From contig CT868429.1 in assembly GCA_000165425.1 (NCBI GenBank), positions 700,196 to 764,195 of the forward strand: 64,000 nt of DNA, given 5' to 3'. Both the position numbers and the translations under genes were made by a program. The notes under the pieces are model-generated. The model worked only from the letters and a program-made list of their open reading frames with translations. It searched no databases and was not told the DNA's origin. Each line of letters starts with the position of its first letter. Positions within the stretch are counted from its first letter, which is position 1. This stretch comes from Paramecium tetraurelia (taxonomy: Eukaryota). This document shows positions 1-13,300 of this stretch, piece after piece.

Positions 1-3000
1 TTTAAGTTTGATAATTAAAAATTTAGTGGAGAATACTCTTGGAGTGGTTGGTTCAAATGGTCTAGTGTTATTTAAAATGCATGGCATTTAGCTGTTAGAT
101 TGTCTACACTTGAAAATTATGAGAACAAAGATAGTTTGGGAGATAGAACATTATGTTTATGGGTTGGACAATAAGCTGGTGGAGTCCTCTATTTCTCTAC
201 TTATACTTATACAGACTTCTATGGCTCAGGAAATGCAAATAGTGTATAGAATGTTTAGTATAAGGATGATATTGCGAAGTGGCATTTTATTTATTTTGGA
301 TATTCAAGAGTTTAATAATTGGCTTATGGCAAAGTGGAATTTGGATATAGAAAAGAAGAAGTCAAATTCGAGAATCATCATCATTATTTACCTAACAAAT
401 TCTTTTTGTCAGTTGGCAGAGACAAATGGCATGATCCTTATTTGGGAAACATAGCCTTCTTAAGATTCTAATCAGGAGAAGGAGCATTTCATTAAGGAGA
501 ATTCAAGGAGATAAAAGATGATCTATTTGCTAATAAATTAGGATCTATGGAATTATTGAAATCTAAATTGAAATTTGATATTGATAAAGATGCTATCACT
601 AAGATGTTTGCATCCCCATAGGTTGATCAAAAGGAACCAATATTCTCTAAGATTTTCAATGAGGAAGAATTGGACAATGTCTCTGAATATGGTTACGGAT
701 TCTGGTGTAGATTTCTCACAAGGTATCCCACTCAATTAATTGAAGGATTAAAAGCAGATTGGTCATTCATATCTAGATTAACCAAAAACTAAAATAAAGG
801 GGATATGAATTATGGCGATAGAACTTTGGCTATCTGGTTAGGGAAAGGTTTTTATCATTTCACAACATATTCTCATAAATTAGCTAATGTAGTTCATAAC
901 ATTGATCATCCAGTAGACATCGAAGGATTATGGACATTTATTTATTTTTCACATAATCTATACAAAAAAGAAAGTGTAGCTATGATTAAGTTTGGAGAAG
1001 GGAAAGTGATAAAAGGAGTTATTCCAGCTATTCATTAGAGTCCAACCTTTTTGCAATTGTATATAGGAGGTAATAATATGAAGTATGCTGCCTACAATGG
1101 ATAATTTGCAGGAATATTGTTTTCAATTGGGGAAGGAATCTTCTTATAAAGTGAGACAGATTTGGAAAAATTGTTAGATAAATTGAAAAAACCAAATGAT
1201 TATAGTTTAAAATTGTAGACAAGGGATATGATTGCAAAGCCTAAGTAGTCCTTTGTTGCTTAAGAGATAGTATTTGATGATGTTCCATTGGTTGGTCAAT
1301 ATTCTTGGAGTGGTTGGTTTAAATGGAAATAAATGGGATAATAGTTTCCATGGTATCTCATGGTTAGATTAGCTATAATTAGAAATACAAGTGATATGAA
1401 ATTATTAGGAGATAGAACTTTAATGGCATTCATGGGTCAAGGTTATATTCACTTTACAACCTACACTTATAAAAATATATATGGTGAGGGTACTCCAAAT
1501 ATTTGGTAGAACATCAACCATGATGGAGAACATATATAATGGCATTTTGTGTACTTTGGGTATTCGAGAGCATAAAGATTGGCTTATGCAAGAGTAAACT
1601 TTGATGGTGGGATTGAGTCTGTTTCATTCAAAGAAACCAACCATTTTGTTCCAAATGTATTTGCTTTAACTATAGGAAAAGATAAATGGTTCAATTAGTA
1701 TAATGGAGACATTGGATACTTTAAATTTAATGCAGGAGAAGGGGCATTCCAAACTGAAAATTATGACAAAGTTTAGAATGATATATTTGCATTCAAAATT
1801 GGAAGGCTATATACTGTAAATCCTTATAAACCACCTCCAGAAGAATTGAGAAAACAAGAATAATTTGACAACACTTTGGAAGGGTAAACAGTCTATTCAT
1901 TTGAAATATCAAAAGATATTTATGAATAATCTATATCATCTCATGTTCCCGAAATTATAGGAGAAAAAGGAGAGATTGTTAAAAATACTGAGTAGATTGA
2001 AGAGGAGAAAAAAATACTATAGAAAAAGGAAGAAGAATTGAAGAAAGAAGCTGAAAAGTTCAAGAATGAAAAATCAGTAGGAATAAAAGATGGTCATTAC
2101 CAATCCCCTGATTAAGATTAGAAGAAAGTTGTATCAGATGAATCAATTGATATTGTTAAACCCATCCAAGATTAACCAAAGAAAGATGGAGAATAACCAA
2201 AATAATAAGAATAGCAATAATAAAAATAATCAGATTGGGATGGATTAAGATTCTACGGGTATGGTTTCTATTTGAGATATCTTACAATGTATCCGTAACA
2301 ATTAAGAGATGGTAAATTTGCCCCTTAATACTTCGTATCTAGATTGACCTGGAACCCTTAACCCTAAGATGTTGGTATGGGAGATAGAGTACTAACTATC
2401 TTTTAAGGATAAGGATCTTATAGTTTCCACACTCTAGATAGGCCATCCAATAATCCTAATCTAAGAACTGCTATTCCCTATGCAGATATAGAAGGAGTTT
2501 GGACCTTTGTTTATTTCAGCTATTCACAAGTAGATAAGAAGGCTATAGCATTCATCAAGTATGACAACAACGCTGAACTATACAGAAGAGATATCATATG
2601 CAATCATGGAGACGTTGAGTATTTAAAGTTGATGATTGGAGGAAAATAAGGTATTTATTAAGGATTCAATGGTTAAATTGCCAATTATGCTTTTAAGTAT
2701 GGCAAAGGAGCCTATGTAAATGACTTTGAGTTGTTCAAGAGGATTCTGTCTAATAGAATACCTCATCCCATTGCTGATGATTACAAGTTTAATCAAATTA
2801 AAATAATTGAGGATTCAACAGGTTTCAAAGGAGATGATTAGACTGATAGTATTAAAGAAATAGAGAGTCACTTCTAAAATGAATATGCAATAAGTGGATG
2901 GTTGAGATGGGATTAACCTATTGGATCACCGTTCTTTGCTCTTTTTAGATTGAGTGGATTCAAAGTAGAAGATAATAACGATTCCAAATTAGGGGACAGA

Positions 3001-6000
3001 GACATGATGCTATTCAAACATTACTCATACTATTTATTCCAATCATACAATTATCATAATTTGAATGGAGCAGGAGACTTTGTTATTAATTGGTCAGTGA
3101 ATCACTAAGAATGGGATCAGTTTTGGCACTTTTTCTATATTGGTTATAAGCGAGAGAGCAAACAACTCTATTATTACATGTCATTTGTTGATGATGAATT
3201 CGATCAAGTGCATAATAACATCCATCATTTCATCGTTCATAAACATTATCTCCAATTTGGAAGAGACTACAGTAAATTCTATAGTAAACACAGAGGATTC
3301 ACAGGATAAGCCACTCAGGTCTTATTGAGCTATGGTAAAGGATCATTCCAAACTAAACCATTTAATAATGATATCTTCATGTATATGAAAGGAGTTAAAG
3401 AATTGTTTTCATCTCTAGAATTAATCACAAGGGAAAGTGACAGAAATAAATTGCTGGTTGCCGATGCCAATAAACAAGGCACACTAATGGATCTAGAAAT
3501 CAATGATGGAACTGACTATAACATTAGAGGATTGAATGAGTATGGTTGGGCCTTGTGGTGCAGATGGTCGAGGACATTGAATCGACCTATCTCATTCAAA
3601 GATTATTGGTACTCTCTTGCTAGAATTGCCAACAGAAAGGGTCACCAAGACTTGGCAACCCCAGGAGACAGAACATTAGCTACTTGGATAGGCATGGGAT
3701 TCTATTCTTTTAGTACTTACTCCAAAGGAGTCTTACAAGTAACAGACACTATTCCCTATGGGAGGTATGAAGGATAATGGAATTTTATTGTTTTTACATA
3801 TCGGAAAAATATGGCTAAGGCAAGTGTTCTCTTTGGACAAGATTAAAATATTGTAGAAAGAGAGTTCAAAGTAAAACACAACTTGATTAAAGATTATTTA
3901 AGATTCGTTGTTGGTTCAGAATTCCATTATAAATTCTTTAATGGGCATATAGTAAATATCCAACTCAGATTAGGCAGCGGAGCCTATTTAAGCAAAGAGG
4001 AAATAGTAATCATTGCACATGGAGAATTAGGATTACCTGCAGAATCCAAATATGATTAGAGTAGAAAAACTGTTGAAATTGTAAAGGGACGAATTTCTAA
4101 TTCTGGGCAAGGCAGAGAACATGAGATCAAAGAAGAAGTTGCTTAAGGGAAATTAGAGTATTCAATATCCGGCTGGGCTAAATGGGTAGATATACCAAAT
4201 ATATAACCCTGGTATATGTTATATCGTGTCTCATACTATGATTATAATGACCTATTGAATATGGAAATACCTGGATCAAGAATCTTTTAGTGTCATAAAG
4301 CTTATGGATATTATCATTTTAATACGTACACAGTGGATTAGGAGAATGGAGGAGCATGGTACATTACGAAGAATATTGACTACGATATAACATAACATAA
4401 AAATTGGGTCTTTTTCTATTAAGGATATTCTCACTCTAAACGCTAGGTTCATATTTATATTAAATTCCCTGGATTTGAAGAACACTATACATATAACAAC
4501 ATAAATCATTTTGTTGCATAGAAATTTAAGGTTCATTTTCTATTGGATAGATGGAGTCCAGGGTTCAATGGTTTTCTTGAGAGTTGGTACTTTAATGTTG
4601 GTTCTGGATCGTATAAAGAAAGTGGATACGGTATAGGTGAAAATGAAGAAACTACATTTGGGTTTGGATTGCATAAACCAGCTGAACCAAAGAATTGGTA
4701 ATTTAATGATAATTATGCATGTGGATTTACATAATAAAATGTTGGATAAGAAGTGGAATATAAGGACGATCTACAAATAGATGGATTAGTTGAATATGGA
4801 TATGGGATGTGGACTAGATTTGCTTGGAATACCCCAATTAAGATGATCAATAAACCAACCTGGATGGCATTGTCAAGATTGACAGTTAATCCAAACTATT
4901 ATGGAGATGCTGGTTAATTGGGAGACAGAGCTCTGGCTATTTGGGTTGGACCTGGATACTATCATTTTACAACATCAACTAGAGGAAATTACAATGTAGT
5001 TCATAACATAGAATACGATCAAATGTTGGATGGATAATGGAATTACATTTGGTATGGATATAAAAGAATGAATGATAAGCAGGGCAGTGCAATTGGTTAT
5101 GTAGCATTTGAAGGCTCATTGATAAGAAAGACAAATTTAGGTAATATTCTCCAACAACCCTTGAATGACTATTTATATTTGGCTGTAGGAAGTTCAGGCA
5201 GATACTTTTTGGATAGGTACTATCAATTCAATGGTCACATCTAAAAGGTGTCTTTGGTGTTAGGACCTGGAGGTTACTTTGAAAATGAAGATCTATTGAG
5301 AAAGTAAATCCCATCGAAACCAGACTTCTTGAGAAATCTAAAGCAATTTTCCAAGGCAGTTGTAGATGAGATCAAAGTTCTGAAGAGAGAGGAATGGGTA
5401 CCATAACCTGTAGAATTCAATGAAGAGTTTGATGGTGCTTATGAATATTCAGTTTCATTGTGGTTTAAGTGGACTAAAACTTATAGAGTGGCATGGGAGA
5501 ATGTATTCTCAGTGTCCTATAATGAATAAAACATCAGAGCAAATCATGCTAAGCCTGGAGATAGAGTTTTGTCTATGTTTTAATATGCAGATCACAGAAT
5601 ATTCTTCAGTACATATACAACTCCAGGCAATCATGACTAATTCGCTCATTTGTACACTGAATGTCCAGTAGATATTCCATCACAAAATGAGTGGGTTTAT
5701 GGATATTATGCATATAGTAGATATCAAAACAAGGTGATATCATATTTGCAAACCAAAACATAAAAGTGCTTAAAGGCACTGTCTTGTATGCATAGAGTAC
5801 CTAAGTACATGGGATTATATGTGGGCAAAGATGGTATTCATACACCTTACAATGGTAAGTTCAGCAAATTATATTTTATGGGGAATGCAGGTTCCTATAT
5901 TGAAGGTAATTTCCAATCCTTCCAACCTTTTGCTGCTGGAGGCATATCAATTACAAAACCACCCTATTTTTGGAGCGATTAGAAGGAAAGATTTGAGATC

Positions 6001-8793
6001 GCTTATGATTAAAATAAAGTATTTGAATTAAAACCTGACGAGGTTGATGAATAGACATCTTATAGTATAGGTATGTGGACAAAATACTTTACTGCTATTC
6101 CAAAAAGACTGCTTCAAAAGCCAGATTGGTTACATATTGCTCGTTTAACAATTAATCCTAATCATAAAAACTATGAAAATATTGGAGATAGAACTTTGGC
6201 CATTTTTATTGGAAGATAATATTATGGATTCTTTACTTATAATGCTGCTAATAACAATCCCAATATTGTTTAAAATATTAGATATGACGATAATTTAGAA
6301 GGGGAATGGAATTTCATTTATTTCTCTTATAATTCTGAAATGCAATTGGCATCTGGTTTTGTAAAATTCAATAAACTCGATAAGATCTAAAGAATTCAAT
6401 TCAGAGACATTTAACATCGACCAATTGATAATTATGCCAAATTAGTAATAGGAAATGAGTTCTAGTATTAGGGATTCAATGGGTAGATTGTCAGTCTGTA
6501 GTTAGGATTTGGTAAGAAATATTACATACATGACTCAGATGCTCTGAATAAAATCATTCTTGAATTCTTTAAAACTCCTGCTGAGGAAGAGGACGATAAC
6601 AGAAAAATTAACATTGTTGACTAAGTTAAAGAAAGGGTCTTTAATAATGGGCCTGATTATAAGGAAATCTTAGATTAGAAAGGTGCTGAAGAGTATGCTA
6701 TGTATGGGTGGTTTAGATATACAAGTACGTCATTAAAGACTCCAAATAATTGCATAATGAGATTAACCAATAATGAATAAGCATACAGGGGTGAAATAAG
6801 TAGAGTTGGAGATAGAACATTATTAGTGATGTTGCAGCCAGGTGAATATGTGTTTGCCACTTATTCTCTTGGTAACATTGACAATGGATAAGTTGTGAAC
6901 ATCAGAAGACCTACACCATATAAAGGCAACCTTGGAATTTGGACTTACATTTACTTTGGCTATCATTTCTCAAAGAGAAGGGCATCAGGAATCATCAAGT
7001 ATCCGAATAGTTACGCACTAGTACCTTACGAAAATGTCTTACATATGGTTCCGAACTATCTATTATTCTTTTTTGGAGGAGATGGAATGCTTGGAGGATG
7101 GCATGGTTAGATGTAAAAAGTTAACTTGTTGTTTGGCCGAGGATCTTTTGTAGATTGTAATAAAGGAAACTTCGAAGAAAAATTGCCTAATCTTTAAGGA
7201 GTTGAATCTAAGCCATTGATATGGGATGGAATAGACAATAAAATTATTGAAGTGCCATTAACAGATAGACCAGGATTAGATATTGTATTTAATAAGGATG
7301 TAAGTGGATTTACAGAATATGGCTATGGATTATGGACTAGATGGCTGACTACTATTCCGAAGAGAATAATAGAAAAGGCTCCATTTAATTAATTGATCAG
7401 ATTGTGTAGTACTGAATAATATGAAGATGCTGCTTAATTGGGTAATAGGGCATTGGCAATTTGGGTTGGTAAAGGCTATTATCACTTTACAACTTACAAT
7501 ACAATTGGAAACAAGATTTCTATTTATCAAAATATCAACTATGATGACAATTTGGAAGGAGAATGGAATTATATTTATTATTCATTCACTAATAAGCAAT
7601 AGGCAAGAGCTGTTGGATTTGTATATTTTAGTGAGTAAGCAGGTACAGCTATCTCTCGAGTTGAGTTTTTGAACTTAGCTCATGTGCCTCTCAATGGATA
7701 TGCTAGAGTTGTGGCTGCCAATAAGGAGTTTGGGTATTAGTCATTTAATGGAATGATTGCAGATTTGCAAATTCATTTAGGAAATGGATTCATCGGTTCT
7801 AGAGAGTAATTGATCAAAGAAATCATTCAACTTAATCCAAGACCACCCATTGAAATCATATCTAAAATGGATGTTAATTTGATTAAAACTGAAGTTGTCA
7901 TTAAGCCTGAAGAAAGGAAAGAGATGAAATACAAATATGATTAATACAAAGGTGTAAATGAATATGCAGTATCTGGGTGGTTGTAATCTAAAGTAATGGG
8001 TTTGACAGAAGCTTATAGAAATGTATTTAGATTGACTATCAATGCACCAGATTTCTAGAGAGATAAATAGTATGCAGGAGATAGAACTCTATCTTTATTC
8101 TAAAGTAAGACTAAGTTAACATTTTCAACTTACACATTTGGAAAATTAGATTAGTAAGGAGATGATAGCAATGAATTTAACAGAATCATTAATTCAGGGA
8201 ATAGTAATGGAGAGTGGGTGTTTGTGTACTTTGGATATTAATTCAAATCGAAACAAGCCTTTGCATTCACCCTATTCATGAATCATTAGGATAGTGCTCA
8301 ATTCAATAACATCAGACATTTTGTTCCTAATTAATTCTTCTTCTCTTTGAGTAATGATGGATATTATCCAATATTTGATGGCAGTTTATATGATTGGAAT
8401 CTTTACTTCGGCGATGGTGCATTCACTAAGAGACCAAGAGAGATAATTAATTCATGGCCTGTAGAACCAATTGAAGAATTCGAAGGAGTGATCTCTGCAC
8501 TATTATCAAATAAAGGTTTAAATTCTATGAAAGTGATAAGACCTGAGAAAAAGGAAGATGAGGAAATTGTTTTTAAGAATAATTTCCCTAAATCTGGAGC
8601 AATTTCAGGAAATCCACAACCAAGATCTGGTTAAACTTAAGTTGATTCTAAATAACCAAATACAATAACTTAAACTGTTAAATAACCTGTATCAGGTTAG
8701 GTTAATACTTAATAATAATAATAATAATAATAATAATCATAATAATAACAATAAGCTAGAAAACCATTATCTGGAATAGCAGATCCCAAGTGA
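1..8793 (+). CDS. Giant repeat protein 1 (5'-truncated by the window): 13 alternating LamG/ConA-like domains and a Gln-rich tail
   Basis: Frame +1 reads FKFDNQKFSGEYSWSGWFKW at position 1 and ends at TGA 8791-8793; ORF-track fragments at 805, 3325, 5788, 6895 and 8347 are all in this frame. Type B domains (EYxxSGW...GDRTL...WxFxYFGYS...FNG) start near 31, 1297, 2881, 4156, 5443, 6688 and 7960. Type A domains (EYGYGxW..RLT..GDRxLAIW.G.G.YHFTT..EG.W..IY.SY) start near 685, 2251, 3538, 4792, 6061 and 7315. The LamG-like fold is inferred from motif spacing. Confidence 0.85.
8710..8754 (+). repeat. (TAA)9 microsatellite encoding a poly-Gln tract
   Basis: In-frame TAA x9, then TCA TAA TAA TAA CAA TAA, 12 codons before the TGA of giant gene 1. 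Confidence 0.85.
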
Positions 8794-8865
8794 ACAATTG
8801 TATTTTAGTGCTATTCATATTTTTAAATATATTATAACTAATATTAATTTAATTGATTGCATCTT

Positions 8866-9536
8866 ATGATTGTTCTCAATCCTGAGAGTTTAGTTGAAAG
8901 TAATTTTAACTTACATTCTAGTGTGCAAAGATAAGTTGATTTAAATTATGGACATAAATGAAAAGAATTTGTGGGAATTACTAGTCAATAAGAATGGTTA
9001 TACTGTCCATGTTATGAAAAACCCAGAAAATGGAGCCAAAATCAATAGAACTTAGGCTTTCATTAATAAATAGCCAGAGTTTATAGCTTAATACGTTTCT
9101 GATTTAGAAAAAAGAAAATAAACAGATGCAAGAATAGAATATGCTAGTGTGCTTGAAGAAATTGATAAGGATTCCAAACTATTATATATCAGAATGAAAC
9201 CACCTATTCCTTTCATGAGTAGTAGAGATTTGGTGTTGTATTAAAAAATATATAGATTAGAAAATGGAATGATAATTGTATGCTGTAATAATTCTATATT
9301 TATTGCTTTTAGAAAGATCTGTCATTCATTAGAAATAACCTCCTATTCATAATGTGGAAAGGGCAGAAATGTATTTGTTTGGATGGATTCTTACTCCTTA
9401 ACAGAATGGATCCACAAAAGTTGTCCTGATCCAGTGTTTCGATATGAAGGGATAAATGCCATAACAATTGGGAAATCAATTTACCTAATAACAAACAGAT
9501 TTAATGTTGGCTGTTATTCAGAATTTATCAATATGA
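8866..9536 (+). CDS. START-domain lipid-transfer protein (copy 1)
   Basis: MIVLNPESLVE...LWELLVNKNGYTVHVMKNPENGAKINRT...YIRMKPPIPFMSSRDLV...ERAEMYLFGWIL...DMKGQMP. Introns at 8900-8921 (22 nt) and about 9285-9312 (28 nt); TGA at 9534-9536. Confidence 0.85.
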
Positions 9537-9676
9537 TGAAATGACAGTCAAGATGTTATTTTATTAATCAATATTTAAATTGGAGATAATAAAGATTAAT
9601 TTTATCAATATATAATTATTATTATATAAATTGATTAAGAACTACAGAATTCTTTTTAAATTAAAAATAATTAAAA

Positions 9677-10358
9677 ATGTAAAACAATTACGACCAACTT
9701 TTAGAGGAAACCAAAACTAAAATTCTTTCTATAGTTGAATTGAAACCAGAAAATTAATGGACTTTAGATACCAATAAGGATGGCTATGCAATCTATACCA
9801 GGAACAATCCTGAAAATGGTCTGAAGATCAATAGGACAGAAACAAACGCTGTTGTAGATCCAGAGGAGTTTGTCAATTTTGTAGTTGACATGACCAGAAA
9901 AAAGGAGTACGATACTAATTTTTTAGAAGTAATCTTATATTTAATGCTTAATAGGGAAAATTGATAGATAAATTGGATTAAAACACATTCATCTTTTATG
10001 CAAGGGGAAAACCTCCTACCTTTTTCATTGATGCCAGAGATTTCTGTTTGTTGAGTAGAGTATATAAATTGGGTGACGATCATTTTATGACAATTAGTAC
10101 AAATTTAAATCTAATTCATTAGCAAAATCAATTGAGCATCCTCAAGTACCACCAGTCAAAGGAGTTCAAAGAGGGGAGATCGTATTTTCAGCATGGATTG
10201 TTAAAAAATAACCTAATGGACAAACAAATATCATCATTATTGGCAACATGAATCCAAAAGGAGACATTCCTAAGGCCATAATTAATTAGGGTGCCAAATT
10301 CCAAGCAGAAGGAGTTAAGAAAGCTGTTGAATATTTGACAAAGAAAAAAAAAAATTGA
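9677..10358 (+). CDS. START-domain lipid-transfer protein (copy 2)
   Basis: MQNNYDQLLEE...WTLDTNKDGYAIYTRNNPENGLKINRT...RKKEYD...KPPTFFIDARDF...SIEHPQVPPVKGVQRGE...MNPKGDIP. Two ~26-nt introns; TGA at 10356-10358. Confidence 0.88.
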
Positions 10359-10396
10359 TTTATATCTAATAAAATTAGTAATCAATATTATATTTA

Positions 10397-13300
10397 TCAT
10401 TAAAAAAATAATAAAATTAGAATAAATTACCCAATAAGTTGAGTGTACTAATCGATTTGACTAAGAGTAACACTTAAATTGATTTCTATTTATACTCCAT
10501 CTTCACACTTGTATTGATAAGGATTCCAATGACATTCATAATCCAACGTCTGGCAATCTTCTTACAGAATTAAATATCTGCAAAATTTCCTACATACTTT
10601 ATCTTGAGAACTCCAATAACATTTTTGGGAATTCTAACATTCCTTCTCTTAATTATAATTTTAACACAATATTGATTTACATTTTCCATTTGAATATGCA
10701 CAACCAGCTGAACATAAACAAGGATCTGTTATATCTTCACAAATCTAACACATCTCAAATTCATTCATATAACAAGAATATTGATTGATTTCGTTACCAT
10801 TACATAAACTAGGCGAGTTGCTATACAGATGACATTAATTGTTGGTACAATAATGAGTTGTTTAATAGATTTCATAAATTTCCCAAGAGCACTATTTATC
10901 ATTGACTTTTGTTCTAAAACAAATAGATTAATCATCAATTTCTGAACATGTTTAGATTTACTAACATTGCCCATTCTTATAAACACAGTTCGATATCTCA
11001 AAACATTGTTCATCTTGCAAGTAATCAGAACATTTTAAGGGACGACAAGTGAAATTATCATATTTACAAGATGTATTTGAACAATCACTATTAAGACAGA
11101 TCTCTTGCAAATTATCTCCACTTACACAATGGTTTTCAAGCTAAATACAATTTGAGCCGTTAAACATAAAATCTGAGCATTATTTACTTTCATTTAAATT
11201 AAGAATATCTTCACACTTTTTAGCACCTTAGCATTGTTAGGATTAGTCTTCATAACAATATTCACCATTCATTACTCCTGAACAATTAGTTAAATCAAAA
11301 CATTTTTTTGGTCTGCAAATTTTAAGTTCTTGCTCGTAGATGCAATTGTTTTTGCATTCATTTTCTTTCAAATCGCAAGCTGAATTTAGTTATTGATTTT
11401 GACAAACGCATTATTAAGGATCATGTAACCATTTACATTTTTTCTAACGATTGCAATTATTAATATTCAATCCTTTGTAATTACATGGTAGTAATTATAA
11501 TGTATACTGACAATTACCAACAACTGGATCATAAATACAATGATCATTTTTATTCATTTTACACGCTAATTCATTTACATCTCTAAGATCATTGCAACTA
11601 CTAAATAAAGATTTAATCTCTTAACATTAATTATTAACATATTAACAAGGTTAATTTAATAATCTTATGCATGCTAATCTGTTCAATCCTGGTAGTGAAC
11701 ATTTTACAAGTTGATTGAATTGTTACTAACATGTTCTTTTGTTGATATTATAGGAACAAACGTCTTAATGATAATTTAACAATTGACAAGTATAACTATT
11801 AGTAACAGTTTCATTATCACATTGATTAAGATGCATTTACAATTAAAAATTTTAACACTACTAAACTTATTTATTCCAATAGCAAGGCATTTTAATAATT
11901 TTAGCACAACCTATCTTTGATAATCCTACTGTTATGCATTAGTCTTTAGAATAATCTACTTCAATGCAAGTGTTAAGCTATGCATCATATTTACAACTTA
12001 AATGAGGCAATTGCTAACAAACCTATTGGTTCACATTATTATATTAATTGCATTTAAATTTATATTCAAAAATGTAATTAACACATTGTCCATCTTTATA
12101 TGCACATTATTTATTAACTAATGACAAACATGCCTATAATAATTGTTAATATATTTACAATTTTTGATAATCCTTAGGCATTACATTCATCTTTAAGTAT
12201 ATCAATTTGCACACATGAGTGAATAGATTCTAAATATTTAACTGTTGAGTCCATCGATTTACAGCATATCTAAGTAACTAAAGATTACGTAAAGTTCTGT
12301 TAATCAAAAACCCAATCTATACAATTATCATTCCTCCAGGCACAAAATAGGTTATGCATAATCAAACATTATTTAATACTTTTGTTTGAACAACTATCAT
12401 TCTTGCAATTATCATTAGATTAACAATCTAAGCATCTATTTTCCTACCATTCACAATAGCCTATTCTGCTTCCTACGCAATCCTCTTTTTCACTAAATTA
12501 AGTGCATTCATATATTAATCTAATCTATGTATAATTGGTCTAATCTATGTTAGTAGAGCCCGCAAAAGAGCTGGTCAATTTCATATCACATTTCTTGTGA
12601 ATTTCATCATATAGACATGGTTCTATTGAGTATTTTGAACATGACACTTTATTGAACTATTATTAGATATCAATATATTACCTTTGTGGGGATTTGATGG
12701 CAAGCCACACGCTTAAAACCCTTATCTATATTTTCACACTTACCAGTCCACTAACAATACATTGATGTGTTCATACAACCCCAATAGTTTGCTATGTTTT
12801 CACATGAGTACCTAGTCCTATACCATATATTACAATAACCATCAAATTGGCAGTAATCAAATTCAACGTTCTAGCAAGCCTTGTAACTCAATGTATCAGA
12901 ACATTTTTAAGGATTTTCTAATTTTTATTCACATTTTTGTAATGGTAAATTGTATTAGCAACTAATATGGGCTTGTCTACAATAGGAGAGGGTAGAGAAA
13001 TCAATGCATTCATTGGAATTATATAGATTTTGGCAGGTTTGATTATTCCACTTACAAATCTATTTTGGTGTTTTAATTTAATTGCAAGTCAACTATGATA
13101 TATCATCCTAACATTTCAGTAAATATAAATTAGCTTCTAAGCAGACATAACCATTCCAATAACATGTTAAACTTTGAGTGTTATTTAAACATTAAGTTCT
13201 GCTTAAGCCCAATTTATCACAGCTGAAAAATTGAATTGATAAATCATTTGCAATTTCATAACAGTAATTACTGCTCCATAACTTACCAATAGATATGCAA

